From the NCBI GenBank assembly GCA_039679545.1, contig JBDKUT010000047.1:1-12831 (forward strand): a stretch of DNA of 12,831 bases. The letters are read 5' to 3'. This document shows positions 6,392 through 12,831 of the stretch, piece by piece. The number at the start of each line of letters is the position of its first letter. Within the stretch, counting starts at the first letter, position 1. The notes below the pieces were generated by a model. The model worked only from the letters and a program-made list of their open reading frames with translations. It searched no databases and was not told the origin of the DNA. The position numbers were made by a program, and so were the translations under genes. Source of the stretch: Thermotogota bacterium. Its GTDB lineage: Bacteria > Bipolaricaulota > Bipolaricaulia > UBA7950 > UBA9294.

Positions 6392-7474
6392 GTGAACGGA
6401 CGGAGCGACTACGCGACGATACTCACAACGTCGCTCCTTCTCTTGGTCGGACTGGTCGTTCTGTACAGCGCGAGCGCACCCTTCTCCCTCCGCCACTACG
6501 GCAGCGACATGCACATGCTGTTGCGCCAACTCATGGCCGCGGGAGTCGGCCTGATCGCCCTGGTCTTCTTCGCGCGCTTCGACTACCACCGGATCGCCCA
6601 GGTGAACGAGCTCCTGCTGGTGGGAGCCATCGGATTGTCTCTCCTCACGCTTCTCCCGCTCGGGATCAGCGATGGGCTGTGGCTCAACCTGGGTCCCTTT
6701 CCCGTTCAGCCAACGGAGTTCGTCAAGTTCGCGCTCATCTTCTACTTGGCGGCCTCCATCGATCGAAAGAGGGATCGGATGACCTCGTTCGCCCAAGGCG
6801 TGCTGCCGTTTCTGATCCTCCTCGGGATTCTCGCCGCCATCGTCATGGCCCAACCCGATCTCGGCATGTTGATCATGTATGGGGGCCTCGTCGCCGCCAT
6901 GCTCTTCCTCGGTGGCGCACAGATCAAGCACCTGGCCGTGGTCGGAGCCCTGAGCATTCCGGCCATTCTCACGTTGGTCTGGATCGCGCCGTACCGGTTC
7001 GCTCGGCTCTTGTCGTTCGTCAACCCGAAGGCGTACAGCACCTCGTCCGGATACCAGATCATGCAGTCGCTCACCGCGATCGGATCCGGCGGCCTCTTCG
7101 GACGTGGATTGGGTGCGTCGCGCGCGAAGCTCTTCTACCTGCCTCAAGCTCACAACGACTTCATCCTTGCCGTGGTCGGTGAAGAGACCGGACTCCTCGG
7201 GACCGCCGCCATCCTGGCGCTTCTCGGACTCCTTGTCTGGCGAGCGTTCCAGATTGCAGAGCGTGCCCCCGACCGCCTCGGTCGCTTCGTCTGCTACGGA
7301 ATCGGGTTCTCCGTCGGCTTCCAGACCCTCGTCAACGCGGGCGTCGCCGTCGGGGTGTTCCCGGTCACGGGGCTCACGCTTCCCTTCATCAGCAACGGCG
7401 GTTCGTCGCTCTTGGTCACTCTCGGGATGGTTGGCGCCCTGCTCAACGTCTCCAAGCAAGGAGGCCGCGCATGA
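6392..7474 (+). CDS. ftsW: SEDS peptidoglycan glycosyltransferase FtsW (~360 aa)
   Basis: SD AAGGAG (6379-6384) precedes GTG 6392. Multi-pass membrane protein with VLYSAS, WLNLG...QPTEFVK, QPDLG, GYQIMQS..AIGSGG..GRGLG, YLPQAHNDFI, EETG, PVTGLTLPFISNGGSS. It sits between murD and murG. Confidence 0.95.
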   Translation: MNGRSDYATILTTSLLLLVGLVVLYSASAPFSLRHYGSDMHMLLRQLMAAGVGLIALVFFARFDYHRIAQVNELLLVGAIGLSLLTLLPLGISDGLWLNLGPFPVQPTEFVKFALIFYLAASIDRKRDRMTSFAQGVLPFLILLGILAAIVMAQPDLGMLIMYGGLVAAMLFLGGAQIKHLAVVGALSIPAILTLVWIAPYRFARLLSFVNPKAYSTSSGYQIMQSLTAIGSGGLFGRGLGASRAKLFYLPQAHNDFILAVVGEETGLLGTAAILALLGLLVWRAFQIAERAPDRLGRFVCYGIGFSVGFQTLVNAGVAVGVFPVTGLTLPFISNGGSSLLVTLGMVGALLNVSKQGGRA

Positions 7475-8601
7475 GGCGCGTGATGATCGCCGGCGGAGGG
7501 ACGGGCGGGCACGTCTACCCCGCCATGGCTATCATCCAGGGTCTCCGCCAGTGTATGCCCGAGGCGCGCGTCGCCTACGTCGGGACGCACCGAGGCCTCG
7601 AGTCACGTGCGGTTCGCGGGTTTCCCTGGGTGCGCTTTTTCCCCATCCACGCGAGGGGGCTCGATCGTGGCGGCCACGCGGCCGCGCCGCGTGCCTTCGC
7701 GTGGACCCTCGCGAGCTTCGCAGAGACCCTCCTCATCTTCGCTCGATTCCGCCCACGGGTCGTCGTGGGCGTGGGCGGCTACAGCTCGTTCCCTCCCGTT
7801 CTGCTCGCCGCCATCCTCGGACGGATCCTTCCGGTCCGCACCGCCATCCACGAGCAGAACGCGATCCCGGGCCTGGCCAACCGCTGGCTGTCCCGCTACG
7901 TCGACGTCGTCCTCGTCTCCTACCCGATGGCCGCGAGTGCCTTCCCGCACGCGCGTAAGGTCGTGGTCACGGGAAACCCGATTCGCGAGGAGTTCCTCCG
8001 CGAGCGGCGATGCGACGCCGCGTACCGCGAGTTCGGCCTCGACCCGCGCCGGCGGACCGTCCTCGTGTTCGGAGGATCCAACGGCTCTCCGGAGCTCGTC
8101 GACCAGATCCTCGCCGCCAAGGCCGACCTTGCCCACAGGGACGACCTACAGGTTCTCCTCGTGACCGGGGGGACGCGCCCCGATGAAGAGATTCGTCGCG
8201 AACTGCGGGCCGCGGGGGCGACCAACGTAGAGGTACGAACGTACATCGATCGAATGGCCACGGCGTTCGTCATCGCTGACCTCATCGTCGCCCGTGCCGG
8301 CGCGACGACGCTGGCTGAGATCACGACGTGCGGAAAGCCCGCCATGTTGGTTCCGTGGCGGGGAGCCGCGGACGACCATCAGTGGCAGAACGCGCGAGTC
8401 CTGGAAAGGGCGGAAGCCTGCCGTCTCGCCGACTCTCGGGCAACCGGAAAGGGTGAACTCGTGGACGAGATCCTACGACTGGCAAACGATGACGCGGCCC
8501 TCACGCGCCTGGCAGGGAATGCCCGGCGTCTGGGGCAGCGACAGGCGAACTCATTGATCCTCGGAGAAATCCAGGCGCTGGTGAGAGGGGCGCGAGCGTG
8601 A
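7471..8601 (+). CDS. murG: Lipid II GlcNAc transferase MurG
   Basis: GGGTGGHVYPA, GVGGY, HEQNAIPGLANR, TGNPIR, FGGS.G, RAGATTLAE, HQWQNA. ATGA overlap with ftsW. Confidence 0.96.
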   Translation: MRRVMIAGGGTGGHVYPAMAIIQGLRQCMPEARVAYVGTHRGLESRAVRGFPWVRFFPIHARGLDRGGHAAAPRAFAWTLASFAETLLIFARFRPRVVVGVGGYSSFPPVLLAAILGRILPVRTAIHEQNAIPGLANRWLSRYVDVVLVSYPMAASAFPHARKVVVTGNPIREEFLRERRCDAAYREFGLDPRRRTVLVFGGSNGSPELVDQILAAKADLAHRDDLQVLLVTGGTRPDEEIRRELRAAGATNVEVRTYIDRMATAFVIADLIVARAGATTLAEITTCGKPAMLVPWRGAADDHQWQNARVLERAEACRLADSRATGKGELVDEILRLANDDAALTRLAGNARRLGQRQANSLILGEIQALVRGARA

Positions 8602-9977
8602 CCGCTCTTGGACAACGGTACCATCTGGTCGGAATCGGCGGATCGGGGATGAGCGGCTTGGCTTCGATTCTCGTCGCTCACGGAGCCAGGGTCTCGGGCT
8701 CAGACTTGCGTCCGAGCTCTCAGATGCAGTTGCTTCGCAGCGCCGGCGTCGACGTTCACGTCGGACACGCCGCGGATTGGATCTCCAGCGATCTCGACGG
8801 CGTGATCGTCTCATCCGCGATCCCGATGGACAACGTCGAAGTGGTGGCGGCGCGCGAGCGGAAGGTTCCCATCGTTCGACGTCTTCACGCGATGGCTTCT
8901 GTCATGCAGCAGTACTCGAGCGTCGGCGTCGTCGGGACGCACGGCAAGACGACGACGACCGCCATGACGGCGACGATCCTGCGTGCCGTCGGCATGGATC
9001 CAAGCTACTTGATCGGCGCGCACTGCCCGGGCCTCGACGGAAACGCCCACCTCGGCCGCGGCCGGTGGTTCGTCGCCGAGGTTGACGAAAGCGACGGTCT
9101 CTTCACGGATATCCGGCCCTTTGTGGCCGTGCTGACGAACATCGGACGCGATCACCTCCCGACGTACCGGCACGAGGAAGCCATTCGGGCGGCGTTCCTA
9201 CGCTACGTTCAACAAGCCGAACGTGTCGTCCTCTCGATCGACGATCCACAGGTCAAGGAGTTCGCAGCGCTCGTCGACGGTGCGATCACCGTGGGCCTCG
9301 ACCCCGACGCGTCCGTCCGCGCGACGGACGTCGCCCCGGATCGCTTCGAGACCGAGTTCGACTTGTCCTACAAGGGGAAGCTGCTCGGTCGGTATCGGCT
9401 TCACGCCCCGGGGATCCACAACGTGCGCAACGCCCTCTGCGCCGTCGGCGCGGCCATCGTCGCCGGAGCCGACCCGCGAGCTGCCGCGGAGGCGGTCCCG
9501 TCGCTCGCCCTTCCGCACCGCCGGTTTGAGATTCTTGAGGAGAACGGAGTCACCGTCGTCGACGACTTCGCCCACACTCCCGAGGAGGTCAAAGTCACGC
9601 TCGACGCGATCCGCGCCGGGTGGCCGAAACGTCGGATCGTCGCCATCCTCCAGCCTCACCGATACTCGCGGACGCAGATCCTCGGCCGCGATTTCGGCCA
9701 CGCGTTGGCTCAGGCCGACGTCGCCATCGTGACCAGCATCTACGCCGCTTGCGAGACCCCGGTGGCCGGCGTCTCGTCGCAGGAAATCGTCGAGGTTGCC
9801 TCCACGGAAGCGCGTGCCGACGTCTACTCTATCCCCGACAAGCCCGCGGTCATCGTCTTCCTCAAAGAGACAATTCGTCCTGGCGACTTCATCATCAGCT
9901 TTGGGGCGGGCGATATCTGGACCGTCACAGATGAGCTCGCGCACTTCCTCAAGGAAGGCAGCTTCTGCGTCGCATGA
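8598..9977 (+). CDS. murC: UDP-N-acetylmuramate--L-alanine ligase MurC
   Basis: HLVGIGGSGMSGLA, GSD, SSAI, GTHGKTTTT, EVDESDG, GIHNVRNA, RRFE, DDFAHTP, QPHRYSRT, GAGDI. GTGA overlap with murG. Confidence 0.95.
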   Translation: MTALGQRYHLVGIGGSGMSGLASILVAHGARVSGSDLRPSSQMQLLRSAGVDVHVGHAADWISSDLDGVIVSSAIPMDNVEVVAARERKVPIVRRLHAMASVMQQYSSVGVVGTHGKTTTTAMTATILRAVGMDPSYLIGAHCPGLDGNAHLGRGRWFVAEVDESDGLFTDIRPFVAVLTNIGRDHLPTYRHEEAIRAAFLRYVQQAERVVLSIDDPQVKEFAALVDGAITVGLDPDASVRATDVAPDRFETEFDLSYKGKLLGRYRLHAPGIHNVRNALCAVGAAIVAGADPRAAAEAVPSLALPHRRFEILEENGVTVVDDFAHTPEEVKVTLDAIRAGWPKRRIVAILQPHRYSRTQILGRDFGHALAQADVAIVTSIYAACETPVAGVSSQEIVEVASTEARADVYSIPDKPAVIVFLKETIRPGDFIISFGAGDIWTVTDELAHFLKEGSFCVA

Positions 9978-10861
9978 CCCTCGCGGCCGTCGCTCGCGAA
10001 CTTCGCGCGGCCGGGATCGAGTTCCGCTACGACGAACCGCTCTCGGCCCACACAACGTTTCGTGTCGGCGGGCCCGCGGACGGGTATTGCAAACCCACCT
10101 CCATTCCCGCGCTCATTGAAGTCGTTCGCCTCTGCCAGCGGGGCGCGATCCCGTTCTTCCTCTTGGGCGCCGGATCGAACGTCCTCTTCTCCGACGAGGG
10201 CCGTCGCGGCATGGTCATCTCCACGAGGGCGATCCGCGAAATCGCGGCGTCTCCGACGGGACTGGATGTCGCCGCAGGCGCGCCGCTGTCCAACGTGATC
10301 GCCGCCGCCGAAGAACAGGGCTCAAGGAGTCTCGGGTTCCTCGCCGGAATCCCTGGCACAGTCGGGGGCGCCGCAGCGACCAACGCCGGAATTCCCGGGC
10401 GAGCGATGGCTGACGTCATCGAGAGCGTCGAAGTCATCGATGGCGCGAACCAGGTCGTCCGACTCGGGCTCTCGGAGTGCAGGTTCGGCTACCGAACGAG
10501 CCAGATCCGCGATCGACGCTTCGTCGTCCTGTCGGCCAAACTCCGATTCGACGAGCAGATTTACGACCCTGCCACTCTGCTCGCTCGGAGAAGGGCCACG
10601 CAGCCGATCGGCCAAGCGAGCGCCGGATGCATCTTCCGGAACCCTTCGGGCGAGAGCGCAGGAGCGTTGATCGACCGGGCGGGGTTGAAGGGGTTTACCC
10701 TAGGACAGGCGCAGGTGTCCGAGAAACATGCCAACTTTATTGTAAACCTTGGCGGAGCGACGAGCGCGGAGATCTGCAAGCTAATTGACATTGTGCGCCA
10801 AAAGGTGTATAACACATACCAGGTCTCACTCGATCTGGAGGTAGAGGTCGTCACCGGGTGA
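9974..10861 (+). CDS. murB: UDP-N-acetylenolpyruvoylglucosamine reductase MurB (short type II, Cys at the proton-donor position)
   Basis: EPLSAHTTFRVGGPAD, LGAGSNVL, GIPGTVGGA..NAG, FGYRTS, TQP..ASAGCIFRNP, VSEKHANFIVN, LDLEV. ATGA overlap with murC. Confidence 0.95.
   Translation: MTLAAVARELRAAGIEFRYDEPLSAHTTFRVGGPADGYCKPTSIPALIEVVRLCQRGAIPFFLLGAGSNVLFSDEGRRGMVISTRAIREIAASPTGLDVAAGAPLSNVIAAAEEQGSRSLGFLAGIPGTVGGAAATNAGIPGRAMADVIESVEVIDGANQVVRLGLSECRFGYRTSQIRDRRFVVLSAKLRFDEQIYDPATLLARRRATQPIGQASAGCIFRNPSGESAGALIDRAGLKGFTLGQAQVSEKHANFIVNLGGATSAEICKLIDIVRQKVYNTYQVSLDLEVEVVTG
10785..10813 (+). promoter_or_regulatory. Sigma70/SigA-type promoter inside the murB 3' end, upstream of ftsQ-ftsA
   Basis: TTGACA (10785-10790), a 17-nt spacer, TATAAC (10808-10813): 11/12 consensus. 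It lies in a locally AT-rich patch of an otherwise GC-rich gene, 44 nt before the ftsQ start. Confidence 0.7.
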
Positions 10862-11592
10862 AGGAGGGGAAGAGCAAACGCAGAGCTGTTCTGTGGGTCG
10901 TCGGCATGGGGGGGGTTCTTATTACTGCTGCCATCATCGCCCTATACACACCATGGTTGCCTATCTTTGATCTGCGACACGTTTCGATCGTCGGGAACCG
11001 ACATACGGCCGGACCTGACGTTGTTCGTGCTTCGGGCCTCAAGCGTGGGGCCGCCCTTCCTTCCCTTCCTCTGCGCGCTGCGGCGGCGCGAATCGCCGCC
11101 TTGCCTTGGGTTAAGAGCGCCGAACTCGTGAGGGAATTCCCCCACGGGGTGCGAATTGAGATCACCGAGCGCGTTCCCGTCGCCCGTCGAAACTTTGCGA
11201 ATGGAAAGTGTCTTCTGATCGGAGAAGGCGGAATCGTCGTCTCGGAGAAGTGCGACGGCTGGAATGAAACGATCCTCCTCTCGGGGGGATCGGTATCGGG
11301 GACAATTCCCGGAGCCCATGTCCTGGAACCCGCCTTGGTGAGGCTGCTTGATGGGCTCTTGCGGGCTACGCTCACCGGAGTGACGGTGCGCAAGTTGGAT
11401 GTCTCCAATGCGGCGTCGATCGTCTTGGTCGACGACTCGGGGACGAGGGTGCTGCTCGGAGCCTTGGACGTGGCGGCCAGCCGAATCCGGCCCCTTGAGG
11501 CTCTCTGCCGCGCGGTGAAGATTGGGAATTACGAGCAAATTGACCTTCGATTCGGGGGGGAGGCGACGCTTGTGCCTCGGGTAAGGCGGTGA
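10858..11592 (+). CDS. ftsQ: Cell division protein FtsQ/DivIB (244 aa)
   Basis: Short basic N-terminus, one TM helix, POTRA domain (FDLRHVSIVGN...LPWVKSAELVREFPHGVRIEITERVPVA), C-terminal IDLRF. GTGA overlap with murB; SD GAGGT at 10844-10848. Confidence 0.9.
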   Translation: MKEGKSKRRAVLWVVGMGGVLITAAIIALYTPWLPIFDLRHVSIVGNRHTAGPDVVRASGLKRGAALPSLPLRAAAARIAALPWVKSAELVREFPHGVRIEITERVPVARRNFANGKCLLIGEGGIVVSEKCDGWNETILLSGGSVSGTIPGAHVLEPALVRLLDGLLRATLTGVTVRKLDVSNAASIVLVDDSGTRVLLGALDVAASRIRPLEALCRAVKIGNYEQIDLRFGGEATLVPRVRR

Positions 11593-11596
11593 AGAG

Positions 11597-12831
11597 ATGA
11601 GAAAAGAGAAGGTTGTTGTAGGGCTTGACGTGGGAACCACCAAGGTCGTCGCCTTGGTGGGAAACATCGTCAATGGGTCGATCGAAGTCATCGGTATGGG
11701 GAAGGCCGAGTCTCACGGGCTTGAGAAGGGCGTGGTTGTCGACATCGGGCGCACGGTCACGTCGATTCGGAAGGCCATCGAAGAGGCCGAGAACATGGCC
11801 GACGTGAAGATCGACTCGGTGTACGTGGGAATCGCAGGAAAGCACATCACGTCGATCAACAACAGCGGAACGGTGTCGATCAACCGCCCGGACCGCATCA
11901 TCACGGAGGACGACGTTCGCCGGGTCGTCGAGACCGCGCAGGCAATCCAGATCCCTCCGGAGAGCGAAGTCATCCACATCATTCCTCGGCAGTACATCGT
12001 CGACGGACAGGACGGGATTACCGACCCCATCGGGATGACGGGCACACGGTTGGAGGTTGACGTCCACATTGTCACCGGGGCGATCACTGCCGTGCACAAC
12101 CTCGTCCGCTGCGTCGAGAGTCTCGGGATCGGAATCCGGCAGATCGTGCTCGAGCCAATCGCATCGTCCCTCGCGGTGCTGTCCTCCGCCGAGAAGGAGC
12201 TGGGCGTCATCCTCATGGACGTCGGCGGTGGCACGACCGACATCAGCGTTTTCCGCGGCGGTGACATCTGGTTCTCCAAGGTCATTCCGATCGCGGGGGA
12301 ACACATCACGAACGACATTACCGTGGGACTGCAAACCCCGATCGAAGAAGCGGAACTCATCAAGAAGCAGCATGGAACCGCGCTCGTCGACAGCATCGGC
12401 GAGGAAGAGAAGATCGAGGTCGCCACGATTGGCGGAGACGAGAAAAAGCTCGTCTCGAAGAAGAAGCTGGCCAAAATCATCGAGCCGCGCGTCGAAGAGC
12501 TGCTCGACCTGGCCATGCAGGAAGTCGAGGACGCCGGCTACCGCGACCTCGTCCCCGCCGGGTTGGTGTTGACCGGCGGAACGTCCCTTCTGAATGGGAT
12601 TACCGAGTTCGCCGCCCAGCGCTACGATCTCCCGGTGCGCCGAGGCAAGATCCCGCAGGGGATCCACGGACTGCGGGACATCGTCGAGTCGCCGCTCTAC
12701 GCGACCGCAATCGGCCTCCTGCGCTACGCCATCGAAACCAAGGACTTCAAGAAGCCCGAGTACGCCGAGCGAAGACGCGGTGGAGGGTCCTCGGGCGGAT
12801 CGATCGTCGGGAAGCTGGTCGCGTGGTTCAA
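11597..12831 (+). CDS. ftsA: Cell division protein FtsA (3'-truncated by the window, nearly complete)
   Basis: Not in the ORF track because no stop falls in the window. ATG 11597 follows SD AAGGCGGTG and gives MRKEKVVVGLDVGTTKVVALVG, GLEKGVVVDI, DPIGMTG.RLEVDVHIVTG, MDVGGGTTDI, AGEHITNDI, AELIKKKHG, VLTGGTS, YATAIGLL and the amphipathic membrane-targeting end IVGKLVAWF. Confidence 0.97.
   Translation, partial: MRKEKVVVGLDVGTTKVVALVGNIVNGSIEVIGMGKAESHGLEKGVVVDIGRTVTSIRKAIEEAENMADVKIDSVYVGIAGKHITSINNSGTVSINRPDRIITEDDVRRVVETAQAIQIPPESEVIHIIPRQYIVDGQDGITDPIGMTGTRLEVDVHIVTGAITAVHNLVRCVESLGIGIRQIVLEPIASSLAVLSSAEKELGVILMDVGGGTTDISVFRGGDIWFSKVIPIAGEHITNDITVGLQTPIEEAELIKKQHGTALVDSIGEEEKIEVATIGGDEKKLVSKKKLAKIIEPRVEELLDLAMQEVEDAGYRDLVPAGLVLTGGTSLLNGITEFAAQRYDLPVRRGKIPQGIHGLRDIVESPLYATAIGLLRYAIETKDFKKPEYAERRRGGGSSGGSIVGKLVAWF

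Noticed and set aside
5071..7182. Alternative-frame + strand ORFs (5071-6054, 6142-7182)
   Set aside because: They are Arg/Pro/Gly-rich frame shadows of murD and ftsW.
10908..11560. G tracts in ftsQ (G8 at 10908-10915, G6 at 11283-11288, G7 at 11554-11560) as phase-variation sites
   Set aside because: They fall in Gly-Gly codons, the frame is intact, the tracts are short, and ftsQ is normally essential.
11372..12667. Long antisense ORFs (431 aa here; also 6230-7459, 2960-4126, 3750-4757, 4883-5794, 9198-10055)
   Set aside because: They mirror well-supported + strand genes, show no recognisable motifs, and are expected from high-GC codon bias.
1..12831. CRISPR array, tRNA/rRNA, IS or prophage
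   Set aside because: I saw no regularly spaced repeats, RNA gene signatures, or transposase/integrase ORFs. All intergenic gaps are 141 bp or less.

Overview
This high-GC bacterial window has 12 genes, all on the + strand. In order: the 3' end of a YifB/ComM Mg-chelatase-like ATPase; a BamA/Omp85 protein; an unusually long Skp/OmpH; fabZ; a stand-alone glutamate formiminotransferase (ftcD-like); then murD-ftsW-murG-murC-murB-ftsQ-ftsA, with ftsA running off the right edge and missed by the ORF track. The individual genes are mostly housekeeping, but the arrangement is unusual. The bamA-skp-fabZ block lacks the lpxD/lpxA genes that normally flank fabZ. It is joined, through an ftcD that overlaps murD by 4 nt, to a dcw cluster lacking its front half (mraZ...mraY) and ddl. 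This fits a diderm that may lack LPS; a deep-branching lineage such as Ca. Bipolaricaulota is a guess I cannot confirm. Other points: the Skp has a probable membrane anchor and a ~70-aa internal repeat; a near-consensus sigma70 promoter (TTGACA-N17-TATAAC) sits inside murB ahead of ftsQA; the 141-bp murD-ftsW leader is structured and could mask the ftsW SD; MurB is the Cys-type; and MurC and MurD carry motif variants. I found no mobile elements, CRISPR arrays or RNA genes.
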